Shown piece after piece: positions 18,448 to 28,937 of a stretch of 64,000 bases of DNA (the first letter of the stretch is position 1; every line of letters begins with the position of its first letter). The notes under the pieces are model-generated. The model saw only the letters and a program-made list of their open reading frames with translations, was not told the DNA's origin and did no database searches. Source of the DNA: Candidatus Latescibacterota bacterium (GTDB lineage: Bacteria > Latescibacterota > UBA2968 > GCA-2709665); contig OZ252100.1 of the NCBI GenBank assembly GCA_965248435.1, positions 2,144,001 through 2,208,000 of the forward strand, given 5' to 3'. The translations under genes were made by a program, and so were the position numbers.

Positions 18448-21400
18448 TCAATCAGCCGGCTCGGGGCTCCTGAAGGAGACCGTTTCGGCTCGAGAAAAGG
18501 CCGAAGACACGATCCGCCGCAATGCCACGCGTAGATCGTCCAGGTAAGTATAGAAGACCGGCACCACGAACAGCGTCAGGAACGTCGCGCAGAGCAGACC
18601 CCCAATCATCGCTCGCCCCATCGAGGAATATGGGACGCCCATCAACGTGCTGGAGCTGAGGGACAGCGGCACCAGCCCGAAGATCGTCGTGAAGCTGGTC
18701 ATCAAAATCGGTCGGAAGCGGTTGGTCCCCGCCTCCAGGATCGCCACCAGCCTGCCCTTGCCCCCGGCCCTAAGTCGGTTCACCCGATCCACGAGCACGA
18801 TCGCGTTGTTCACTACCACTCCAATCAGCACGACGATACCAACCTGCGCCATGCGGTCCATCACCGTATCGGTCAGGTAGAGCGTCCAGTAGACCCCAAG
18901 GAAGGCGAATGGAATGCAGAGGAGGACCGAAAACGGCAGGATCAGGGATTCGAACAGTATGCCCATCAGCAGGAAAACGAAAGTAATCGCCAACACGATC
19001 GCGAACACCATGGTCTCCTCTGATTCCTTAAACTTGGCATACCGTTCTCCTTTGTCCCACCGGTAGCCGGGCGGAACCTCGAACCCTTCCATCACGCCGT
19101 CCATGTCTGCATACAACCCTGCCAGGTCGGCCCTCGTCGTAAAAATCTTCAACCGCAGTCTAATCTTCCCGTCCCCACGATAGATGCTCCCCAAGCCTGG
19201 AGCGACCTCAAGAGAGGCGAATGCAGACAAGGGGATTTGCTCACCCGACTTTGAAGTAAAGGTGAAGTTCTTAAGCTGATGCAAAGTTTGGCGATCAAAG
19301 CGGCTCATGAAAAGCCTTACATCGATCTCCCGCTCATCGGACCGGTAGCGCGGAAGATTGACGCCACCCAACTGGTAGGCAATGCTCCTTGCCACGAACT
19401 GTGAGGAGATCCCATATTTCTGTGCCTTTTCTCGTTTGATGTGCACTTGGATCTCGTTGTCCCCTCTTTGCAGATCACTGATCATCCCAACGACCGAGGG
19501 AAGCTTCTCTGCACGTCGCTCTACTTCTTCAAGCATTTCTGTAAGCGTCTCGAGATCATCTCCCCAAAGGGTGAAGTATACAAATGGGTTCGACCTCCCT
19601 CCCGACTCGATCTCCAATTCGTGGCCCACAAACCGGGGTATGTTCATCCTCATGTCCTTGATCACGGCCGTTCGATCCATCCGACCGTCTACCGGGTACC
19701 CGACCGCTCTTCTCACATTCTTGTAAACCTGATACCACCAGGTTTGGTTTGGTTCTTCCTCCAGGAAAACCTGAAAGAAGAGGCGGTACTTACCAGCTGT
19801 CCGATAGCGAAACTGAACGGTCAGAATGCCATAGATCTCCTTCTTGCCTTCAAGGAACGCCTCGACGTCTGCCCCGAGGTTGCTAATCTCCTCCCTCGTG
19901 AAGAAGGGTGGCGGTCTCATCTTGATCCGGATGTCGTTGACGATCCCGTGCATCGAATCCGATCTCTTGATTTTCTCCATCGGATAAGCCATCGTGGCAA
20001 CCAGCGCCAGCACGATCAAAACCACATCCTTCCGATGAGTAAGTGCCCAGGCCAGTCCCCTTTCGTATTGCTTTCTTGCCCGACGGATGGAACTCGGCTC
20101 CTGTTTCAACGTGTTGCTACCGAATGTCCTTGCGGCAAGGGGAATGAACAACAGGGCCAAGAGGAGAGATCCAAGCAGGGCCGCGATGACCGGTACCCCG
20201 ATCTTAGAAAGGAAAAACGAAAGGTCAACTTCGCTGCCCATCAGCATGAGCGGGAGGAACACCACAATCGTCGTCAGCGTCGCTATGGTGATCGCCAGCC
20301 CGACTTCGCTCGCGCCGTGAATCGACGCTTCGCGCGGATTCTCCTCTTTGACCCTCATTCGATAGATATTCTCTACGACCACGATCGCGTTGTCCACGAC
20401 CATCCCGATTGCGACCATCAGCCCCATCATTGTCAAGAGATTCAGCGTCCAGCCCATGAAATAGAGGGCTCCAACCGCGATCATCATGCAAAACGGGATG
20501 GCCAGGGTGATCAGTGCTGTCATCCGCACGGCACGCAGGAAGAATAGCAGCACCAGGGCAGCGAAAAGACCACCCCAGAGACCTGTGTCTTCCAGGTTTT
20601 TGACCGACTCACGGATGAGGTTCCCCTGGTCAAGGTAGGTCTTGAATTTGATATCGGTCTCAGCCTCAATGCGCCTCAGCTCCGTCTCGATGCGCCGGCA
20701 AAGCTCCACGATGTTGGTACGCGGCTCCCGGAAAATCCCGAGCGCGACCCCCGACTGGCCGTCCGTTCGGAGAGTCCAGTAGGTATAAGGTGCGTCATAA
20801 AACACATCGGCGACTTCATTTACCCTTACCGTGCCTTTGTGGTTCAGGATTGGAATGGCTCCGAATTCTCCCAGGCTTCCGTACCGAGCGAGCGAGCGCA
20901 CGTAGAGTTTCTTTCCTCCCTCGTGCACGGTGCCTCCGCCCATCTCAAAGTTGTCTCTCCGGAGCGCCTGAACAAGCTCGTATGCGCCTACGCCTCGCGT
21001 TCGGAGACGCTCCTGGTCGACCACGATCACGACTTCCCTTTCGTTGGCCCCCCATACGCTGACACCAGAGACGCCGTCTAGCCGCTCCAATCGCCCAAGG
21101 ACATGCGTCTTCATATAATCGTGACGATCTTCGACGTGAGCCGGCAGGGAGACGCCCGTCCAGATGATCTCCGTATCGGAGTCCGGGTTGTGTTTGATAA
21201 TTGAGATGTCGTCCCTAACTTCCTCGGGCAGTGCAGGTTTTAACCGCTCCAATGCCTCGACCACGCGGCCATAGGCCAGGGCCATGTCGGCGTCCGTCTT
21301 GAAGTCGAGCGTCGTGAAAACGCCCCAGGTCGAGCAATTCGTCCAAATTCTTTGTATCCCCTTGACGGTCTGCAGGTATGCGACCTTGGGTCGCGCGATC

Positions 21401-21621
21401 TGCTGATCCTTTTCCTTCGTGGGTGTATTCCGCTGAGTGGGGATCCAAACCCAAAGCGTCCTGCCCTCCAGACCGGACGCAAAGGCCTGTATAGGGATCC
21501 GCGTGTATGCCACGGCGCCGACCACCAGCAACGCCACCAGGCACATCGTCACCGTCACTGGGCGAGTCACAGAAATGCGGGGGAGTAATGCCCCCTTGTC
21601 TTTTGTGGATTCGTTGGTCAT
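18448..21621 (-). CDS. RND permease, array paralog 3
   Basis: Same conserved motifs; likely start ATG 21621 (MTNEST). Confidence 0.95.
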   Translation of the reverse strand: MTNESTKDKGALLPRISVTRPVTVTMCLVALLVVGAVAYTRIPIQAFASGLEGRTLWVWIPTQRNTPTKEKDQQIARPKVAYLQTVKGIQRIWTNCSTWGVFTTLDFKTDADMALAYGRVVEALERLKPALPEEVRDDISIIKHNPDSDTEIIWTGVSLPAHVEDRHDYMKTHVLGRLERLDGVSGVSVWGANEREVVIVVDQERLRTRGVGAYELVQALRRDNFEMGGGTVHEGGKKLYVRSLARYGSLGEFGAIPILNHKGTVRVNEVADVFYDAPYTYWTLRTDGQSGVALGIFREPRTNIVELCRRIETELRRIEAETDIKFKTYLDQGNLIRESVKNLEDTGLWGGLFAALVLLFFLRAVRMTALITLAIPFCMMIAVGALYFMGWTLNLLTMMGLMVAIGMVVDNAIVVVENIYRMRVKEENPREASIHGASEVGLAITIATLTTIVVFLPLMLMGSEVDLSFFLSKIGVPVIAALLGSLLLALLFIPLAARTFGSNTLKQEPSSIRRARKQYERGLAWALTHRKDVVLIVLALVATMAYPMEKIKRSDSMHGIVNDIRIKMRPPPFFTREEISNLGADVEAFLEGKKEIYGILTVQFRYRTAGKYRLFFQVFLEEEPNQTWWYQVYKNVRRAVGYPVDGRMDRTAVIKDMRMNIPRFVGHELEIESGGRSNPFVYFTLWGDDLETLTEMLEEVERRAEKLPSVVGMISDLQRGDNEIQVHIKREKAQKYGISSQFVARSIAYQLGGVNLPRYRSDEREIDVRLFMSRFDRQTLHQLKNFTFTSKSGEQIPLSAFASLEVAPGLGSIYRGDGKIRLRLKIFTTRADLAGLYADMDGVMEGFEVPPGYRWDKGERYAKFKESEETMVFAIVLAITFVFLLMGILFESLILPFSVLLCIPFAFLGVYWTLYLTDTVMDRMAQVGIVVLIGVVVNNAIVLVDRVNRLRAGGKGRLVAILEAGTNRFRPILMTSFTTIFGLVPLSLSSSTLMGVPYSSMGRAMIGGLLCATFLTLFVVPVFYTYLDDLRVALRRIVSSAFSRAETVSFRSPEPAD

Positions 21622-21642
21622 GGCAACTGATAAGGTTCCCAA

Positions 21643-24600
21643 TTAGTCAGCCGGCTCTGGACTCCGGTAGGCAATCGGCCTGGTGCGCGACAGTGCACCT
21701 GACACGATCCGGCGCAGGGCCAAACGCAGATCGTCCAGGTAGGTATAGAAGAGCGGTACGACGAACAGCGTCAGAAATGTCGCGCAGAGCAGTCCGCCGA
21801 TCATCGTCCGGCCCATGGGTGCGTAGGGAATGCCCATCATCGTGCTCGTTCCAAGCGCCATCGGGAGCAGCCCGAACACCGTCGTGAAGGTCGTCATCAG
21901 GATCGGCCGGAACCGGTTGGCGCCCGCTTCCAGAATCGCCTCCGTCCGAGTCCTGCCTTCTGTCCGCAGCCGGTTGACCATGTCGACAAGCACGATCGCG
22001 TTGTTCACGACAACACCGATCAACACGATGATCCCCACCTGGGCCATCTGCCCCATCACCGTACCGGTGAGGTAGAGCATCCAGTAGACACCCAGGAACG
22101 CGAACGGGATGCAGAAGAGAACGGAAAAGGGCAGGAGAAACGACTCGAACAGGACGCCCATTAACAGAAATACGCATGTGATGGCCATCATCACGGCGAA
22201 TCCCATCGTCTCCTCCGATTCCTTGAACTTGGTAAACCGCTCGCCCCGGTCCCACGAATAGCCGTGCGGCAGTTCGAAACCTTCCATCGCGCGACCGATC
22301 TCTTCATACAGGCCTTTCAGGTCGTCTTCCGTCGTAAAAATCTTCAACACCAGCCGGATCTTCCCGTTTGCTCGATAGATTTTCCACGCGCCTTTAGCGA
22401 CTTCGAACGAGGCGAAAGCCGACAGGGGAACCAGCTCACCCGATTTCGAGGGGAAGGTGAAGTTTTTCAGCTGTTCCAAAGTCTGGCGATCCAACTTCCT
22501 CAGATAGAGTCGCACGCCGACTTCCCGCTCGTCGGAACGGTATCGAGGCAGCTTTACGCCACCGAGCTGGTAGGTAATGCTCTTTGCCACGACCTGTGAC
22601 GCAATCCCGTGCTTGCGGGCGAGCCCTCGGTCGATGTGTACCTGCACCTCGTTCTCCCCTCGCTCCATATCGCTCAGAATCCCGACGACCGAAGGGAGGC
22701 TCTCCAGGCGAAGCTCGATCTCATCGAGCAGTTCGGCCCCCATCTCCAGATCATCTCCCCACAGCATGAGGTTTATGTAGGGGTTGCTTCCACCTCCCGA
22801 CTCGACGACGACCTGGTTTCCCACAAACCGTGGCATGTTCTTTCTCAAATCTTCGATCACGGCCTTTCGATCCATCCGGCCGTCGATCGTGGCGCCGGCA
22901 CGGTTTCTCACCTCTCTGTACACCTGATACCACCACGCGCGGTTCTCATCCTCTTCTAAGAAGACGCGAAAGTAGAGACGCGACCCGCCGGTGACCCTGT
23001 AGCGAAGCTGCACGGTCCGTATGCTGTAGACCTCTCTCTTGCTGTCCAGGAAGGCCTCGATTTCAGCCCCGAGATCGCTGATATCCTTTCTGGTGAAAAA
23101 CGGCGGCGTTGCGACCCGGATTCTGATGTCGTTGAGGTTTCCGCGCATCGAATCCGATCGTTTGATCTGCCCCATCGGATAGACCATCGTCGCAGACAGG
23201 AGCAGCACGATCAGAACGGCATCCTTCCGATGGGCAAGCGACCAGGCCAGCCCCCTTCCGTAACCCCTTCGGGCCCAGCCGATTGAACTTTGCTCTCCTT
23301 TCGTCGTGGTACCTCCGAATCGCTTCGCCGCGAGGGGAATGAAGAACATCGCCACGAAGAGAGACGCCAGCAGAGCCACGATGATCGGCATGCCGATCCT
23401 GGAAAGAAAGAAGGAGAGCTCAACTTCGCTGCTCATCAGCATGAGCGGGAGAAACACGACCACGGTCGTCAGCGTCGCAATCGCGATCGCAAGACCAACC
23501 TCGCTCGCGCCGCGGATCGACGCTTCGTGCGGGTCTCCCCCTTTGACGCGCATTCGGTGGATATTTTCTACGACAACGATCGCATTATCGACCACCATCC
23601 CGATCGCTACCATAAGTCCCATCATCGTCAAAAGATTCAGGGTCCAACCCACGAAGTAGAGGGTGGCAACTGCGGTCATCACACAGAACGGGATGGCCAG
23701 TGTGATCAGCGCCGTCATGCGCACACCGCGAAGGAAAAAGAGAAGCACCAGACCCGCGAACAGCCCGCCCACAAACCGGTGTCTCCGAGATTTTCGATGG
23801 ATTCGCTGATGAGCTGACCCTGGTCGAAGTAGGTCCTGAATTTGACGTCGGTCCGGGCCTCGATCCGCCTCAACTCCGTCTCTACTTTCCGAGAAACTAG
23901 ATGTTCGTGCCCGGCTCTCGATGGACCCCAAGCCCGACGCCCGACCGGCCGTCCATCCTGAGGTTCCAGTAAGTGAAAGGCACGTCATAAAACACATTAG
24001 CGACTTCCTCTACCCTTACCGTGCCCTTCCGGTTTCGAATCGGGATACGCTCGAACTCGTCCAGGCTGCCGTACCGGGCCACAGATCTCACGTAGAACTT
24101 CTTGCCCCCTTCGTGCACGGCACCGCCGCCCATCTCGAAGTTGTCCTCCCGCAGGGTTTGCACGAGATCGTAAGCACCCACACCTCGTGTCTGAAGCCGC
24201 TCCTGGTCGAGCTCGACCACGACTTCCTTCTCAGGGGCCCCCCAGATCCGAACACCAGCGACCCCATCGATCCGCTCCAAGGAACGCTGGACGTTCGTCT
24301 GAACGAATGCGTGAGGGTGTTCGACCTCATCTGGAATCGAAACCCCGATCCAGAGGATGTTTTCGTCCGTGTCTTTGTTGTACTTCCAGATTCCGACGTT
24401 GTCGCGGGTTTCCCGAGGCAGCACAAGTTTCAAGCGCTCCACCGCGTCCACAACCTGGTTATAGGCAATGGTCATGTCCACGTCGTTCCGAAATTCAAGG
24501 CGCGCGTTCGCACCCCAGATTCCACAGCTCGACCACAGCAGCCGCAACCCTTTTACCGTCTGCAAGTGCTCGACCATAGGCTGCGAGATCTGCTCGTCAT

Positions 24601-24811
24601 TCTCTCTCGGGGAGCTGTTCTCCTGCGAACCCGCCCACACCCAGAGCTGCTTCCGCTCTAGCCCGGAGGGGAACGCCTCCATCTGAATTCGAGTCAGCGC
24701 CACGATGCCCACCACAAGCAGCGCCGCGAGACACATCGTCACCGTCACGGGGCGGCTCACTGAAATGCGCGGCAGAAGAGAGCCTCTATGTTCTTTGACT
24801 TGCTTATTCAT
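21643..24811 (-). pseudogene. RND permease, array paralog 4, frameshifted (or assembly indels)
   Basis: Split into ORFs 23897-24811 and 21643-23997; homology continues in a third frame between lesions near 23897 and 23768. Confidence 0.8.
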
Positions 24812-24902
24812 TTGTGAGTGATGCAGATAGAATTCATTGCGTTATAGATAGAGTTATTTTGGTCCCGAGATACGAGATACCAGATACGAGATACGTTCAT
24901 TT

Positions 24903-27900
24903 TCAATCTGCCGGCTCCGGACTTCTTTGTGAAATCGCCCGACCCCAAGTGAACGCGCCTGACACGATCCGCTTCATAGCGACTCGCAGGTCGTCCAGGT
25001 AGGTGTAGAATAGAGGAACAACGAACAACGTCAGGAACGTCGCGCAGAGCAGGCCTCCCATCATCGCCCTGCCCATCGAGGAGTAGGGCACGCCCATCAG
25101 CGTGTTTGAGGCGAGCGACACCGGCACCAGCCCGAACACGGTCGTGAAGGTCGTCATCAGGATCGGACGAAACCGGTTGTTCCCTGCCACCAGGATCGCC
25201 TCCGTTCGGTCCTTGCCCTCGGTCCTTAGCCTGTTGACCACATCTACGAGCACGATCGCGTTGTTCACCACCACGCCGATCAGCACGATGATCCCCACCT
25301 GCGCCATCTGGTCCATCACCGTATCGGTCAGGTAGAGCGTCCAGTAGACGCCCATGAAGGCGAACGGGATGCAAAAGAGGACTGAAAACGGGAGAAGGAA
25401 CGACTCGAACAGCACGCCCATCAACAGGTAGACGCAGGTGATCGCAAGGATCACCGCGAAGGTCATCGTCTGCTCGGTCTCCTTGAAATTCGAATACCGT
25501 TCCCCCTTGTTCCAGGAGTAACCCGTCGGCATCCTGAAGCCGACCATCGCCCTGTCCACCTCCTCATAGAGACCTTTCAAATCCTCTTTGGTCGTTTGGA
25601 TTTCAACTTGCAGTTGGATCTTTCCGTCATACCGCCAGACGCGCATGTCACCCTTCTGCGCCCGGAACGAGGCGAACGCGGACAGGGGGATCTTCTCTCC
25701 CGATTTCGAACGGAAGGTGAAGTTCTTGAGCTGAAACAGAGTCTGTCGATCCAGTCTGTTGAGGTAGAGCCGAAGATCGGTCTCCCGCTCGTCAGAGCGA
25801 TACCGGGGCAGGTCCACGCCCCCAACCTGATAGGCGATGCTCCGTCCTACGGCGTCGGGTTGAATCCCATACTTGCTCATTCGTTCCCGATTCAGGAGCA
25901 CGAGGAGCTCGTTCTCGGATCGTTCGGTGTTGACCTGGACGCCGGTCACCGAAGGGATGCTCTTGACTCGAAACGCCACTTCCTCGGCAAGTCGTTGCAG
26001 CGTCTCAACATCGTTGCCCCTCAAGTTCACGTGGACGTACGGGGTGACTGGGAGCCTCGATTCCACGACGAAATGGTGACCCACGAACGCTGGCAGCGTT
26101 TCATTCAAATCCTCGATCACCGCCTCCCGATCCATCCGACGTTCTACCGGATGACCCAAGACGTTCCTGAGGCCCTTGTAGGCCTGGTACCACCACGCCC
26201 GATTATCCTCCTCTTCCAGGAAGATCCTGAAAAAAAGGCGGCTGCCCCCGGTAACTCGATACGAAAACCTCACGTTCCGAATGCCGTAGGCTTCCCGTTT
26301 GGTGTCCAGGAACGCCTCCATTTCAGCACCGATGTCGCTCAGCTCCTCCCCGTCCAGGAACCTGGGCGGGTAGCCTCTAATACGCACACTGTTCACCTCT
26401 CCCCGCAACGAATCCGACTTTTTTACCTTCTCCATCGGGTAGAGCATCGTGGCAAACAGGGCTACGGCGATCAGAACGGCATCACGTCTGTGGGTCATCG
26501 CCCAGGCAAGCGCACGATGATATCCCGTCCGGACCCATCGGATCGACTTCGGATCCGGCTTCACCTCCGACCCGCCGAACCGTTCGGCCGCCAGAGGGAT
26601 AAAGATCAGGGCGACGAACAGGGACCCAAGCAGGGCCGCGATAAAGGAGACTCCGATTTTGGTTAGGAAGAACGAGAGGTCCACATCTCCGCTCATCACC
26701 ATCAGGGGCAGAAAGACGACCACCGTCGTCAGCGTGGCCGTCGTGATCGCCAGCCCCACCTCGCCCGCCCCCCTAACCGACGCCTCGCGAGCGCCTGTGT
26801 CTTTAGACCGGATCCGGTAGATGTTCTCGACGATCACGATCGCGTTGTCCACGACCATACCCACGGCGATCATCAGCCCCATCATCGTCAGAAGGTTCAG
26901 GGACCAGTCGATAAAGTAGAGGACGGTCACGGCGATCATCACGCAGACCGGAATGGCCAGCGTGATCAGCGCCGTCATTCGCGCTGCCCGGAGAAAAAAG
27001 AGTAGGACCAGCGCCGCGAACAGGCCGCCCCAGAGCGCCGTATTCCTCAGATTTTCCATCGATTCCCGGATCTGCTTTCCCTGATTGTAGAGGATGTCCA
27101 GATGGACCCCTGTCTCGGCCTTGATCTCCTTCAGCTCCACCTCCACCCGGTCACACAATTCCGCGATATTGGCCCCGGGCGTGCGAAACACACCCAAAGA
27201 CACAAAGGGTCGGCCGTCGATCCGATACGTCAAGTACCGTCGCGGCAAATCATAAAACACATCCGCGACCTCCTTGATTCGCACGATGCCGTTCTGCGTG
27301 TGGATGGGAATCTCCTCGATCTCCCCCAGGCTTGTGTAGCGGGCTACGGACCTCACGTAGAATCTCTTCCCGCCTTCGAAAACTGTGCCCCCGGACATGT
27401 CGAAGTTGTCGTCCCTGAGTGTCCTTGCGAGCTCATAGGCGCTCACGCCCCGTGCCCGGAGCCGCTCCTGGTCGACGGAGATGGCGACGAGCATCGGGGA
27501 TGCACCCCAGATCGTTATCCGGCCCACGCCGTCGAGCCGCTCCAGCCTCGGCTGAATGCGGGACTGGATGAAGTAATACGGGTCTTCGATCTGCGGAGGC
27601 AGACCTACGCCGACCCAGAGGATCTCCTGGTCTGTATCCGGGTTGTATTTGTAGATGCGGAACCTGGCCTGCGCCTCCTCCGGAATCGCGACCTTCAGCC
27701 TTTCCAACCGGTCAGTGACTCGATTGTAGACCTCCGTCATATCCGCGTCTTTTTTGAACATCAGGTAGACCGAGAGGTGTGACTTTCGACTGCCCACCGT
27801 CAACGAATGGAGGTCCTTCAGGGTGCGAAAGTGCTCCATAACGGGTCGGCCGATCTGTTCATCCCTTTCCCGCGCCGAAGAGTTCGGGAGGGTATCGATC

Positions 27901-28061
27901 CGCATAGAGATCCCGGGCCAATCGCGCCCCGAGGGAAAGGCCTGTATCCGGATCCGGGCGTAGGAAACCAGACCGACGGCCAGTATAGCCACGAGGCACA
28001 TCGTCACCGTCACGGGGCGCGTCACGGAGATGCGAGGCAACAATGAGGACTTCTCATCCAT
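24903..28061 (-). CDS. RND permease, array paralog 5
   Basis: Same conserved motifs; ATG 28061 (MDEKSSLLPR) overlaps the upstream gene end. Confidence 0.95.
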   Translation of the reverse strand: MDEKSSLLPRISVTRPVTVTMCLVAILAVGLVSYARIRIQAFPSGRDWPGISMRIDTLPNSSARERDEQIGRPVMEHFRTLKDLHSLTVGSRKSHLSVYLMFKKDADMTEVYNRVTDRLERLKVAIPEEAQARFRIYKYNPDTDQEILWVGVGLPPQIEDPYYFIQSRIQPRLERLDGVGRITIWGASPMLVAISVDQERLRARGVSAYELARTLRDDNFDMSGGTVFEGGKRFYVRSVARYTSLGEIEEIPIHTQNGIVRIKEVADVFYDLPRRYLTYRIDGRPFVSLGVFRTPGANIAELCDRVEVELKEIKAETGVHLDILYNQGKQIRESMENLRNTALWGGLFAALVLLFFLRAARMTALITLAIPVCVMIAVTVLYFIDWSLNLLTMMGLMIAVGMVVDNAIVIVENIYRIRSKDTGAREASVRGAGEVGLAITTATLTTVVVFLPLMVMSGDVDLSFFLTKIGVSFIAALLGSLFVALIFIPLAAERFGGSEVKPDPKSIRWVRTGYHRALAWAMTHRRDAVLIAVALFATMLYPMEKVKKSDSLRGEVNSVRIRGYPPRFLDGEELSDIGAEMEAFLDTKREAYGIRNVRFSYRVTGGSRLFFRIFLEEEDNRAWWYQAYKGLRNVLGHPVERRMDREAVIEDLNETLPAFVGHHFVVESRLPVTPYVHVNLRGNDVETLQRLAEEVAFRVKSIPSVTGVQVNTERSENELLVLLNRERMSKYGIQPDAVGRSIAYQVGGVDLPRYRSDERETDLRLYLNRLDRQTLFQLKNFTFRSKSGEKIPLSAFASFRAQKGDMRVWRYDGKIQLQVEIQTTKEDLKGLYEEVDRAMVGFRMPTGYSWNKGERYSNFKETEQTMTFAVILAITCVYLLMGVLFESFLLPFSVLFCIPFAFMGVYWTLYLTDTVMDQMAQVGIIVLIGVVVNNAIVLVDVVNRLRTEGKDRTEAILVAGNNRFRPILMTTFTTVFGLVPVSLASNTLMGVPYSSMGRAMMGGLLCATFLTLFVVPLFYTYLDDLRVAMKRIVSGAFTWGRAISQRSPEPAD

Positions 28062-28893
28062 CTTTTGTCTCGTCCAGACATTCGCGAACGAATTCCAGAT
28101 TCCGATAGCTGTTCGAATCCAGCTCGCTGAAATTCGGGTCGGTGATCTCGAACGCATCGGGGCTGAGCGCCAGGTGCGTCTCGATCACGACGAACCCGTC
28201 GTAGCCATCCCCCCGTAGCGCCCGGAATTGACCCGGCCAGTCCACCACCCCCTGCTCAGCCAGAGCCCACTGGCCGGCCGCGGGATCGTAATTCTTCACG
28301 TGCACGTGGGCGACCAGCTCCTTGAGGGTCTCGTACTCGTCCGGAAAAGGGATTTTCGATCCAGCGCGAGCGGAGTTTCCCGGGTCCCAGCAGAGCCCGA
28401 TCCGATCGGCGCCGACCTGGCGAATGATCTCCGCCGCCTCGAGACCCGTTGCGCCCCAGCAGGCCGCCTCGTTCTCCAGGATGGGGCGACAGCCCTCGCG
28501 CCTGATGATATCAACCATCTCACCTACGCGGTCGATCACCTCGGCGGGAACTTGCCCGGTGTCATCCCTATCGAAGGCGAAGCAGGAGACCAAGTCCGTC
28601 CCCCATCGCTTTGCCCACGCACAGGCGCGCTGCAGCCCCTCGGCGAATCCGGCTTCCACCGACGGGTCGTCCACTGGACGCTTGAAGAAGCCGGGTGAAA
28701 CCGCGGAAATCGCCAGCCCCGCGTCGCGCACCCGCCTGTAGAATGTCTCCAACTCATCGTCCGCCACGGCAGGGAACCGGCCCCCCGCCAGGGACCGCAC
28801 CTCGACGTGGGTCACATCCCACTCCGACGCCAGCGCGATCGCCCGTTCTGGACGCTTTCGGTCGATCTCATCGGTGAAAATCGAAATCTGCAT
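28054..28893 (-). CDS. Sugar phosphate isomerase/epimerase family TIM-barrel protein
   Basis: ISIFTDEI, ILENE, LCWDPGN, HVHVKN, GYDGFVVIETH metal-site pattern. Confidence 0.88.
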   Translation of the reverse strand: MQISIFTDEIDRKRPERAIALASEWDVTHVEVRSLAGGRFPAVADDELETFYRRVRDAGLAISAVSPGFFKRPVDDPSVEAGFAEGLQRACAWAKRWGTDLVSCFAFDRDDTGQVPAEVIDRVGEMVDIIRREGCRPILENEAACWGATGLEAAEIIRQVGADRIGLCWDPGNSARAGSKIPFPDEYETLKELVAHVHVKNYDPAAGQWALAEQGVVDWPGQFRALRGDGYDGFVVIETHLALSPDAFEITDPNFSELDSNSYRNLEFVRECLDETKDG

Positions 28894-28907
28894 ACATCGA
28901 TCTCCTT

Positions 28908-28937
28908 GTAGAGACGCCCCGGTAGGGCGTCTCCTAC
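28908..28937 (+). repeat. GTAG-type REP-like palindrome
   Basis: GTAGAGACGCCCCGGTAGGGCGTCTCCTAC. Confidence 0.8.
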
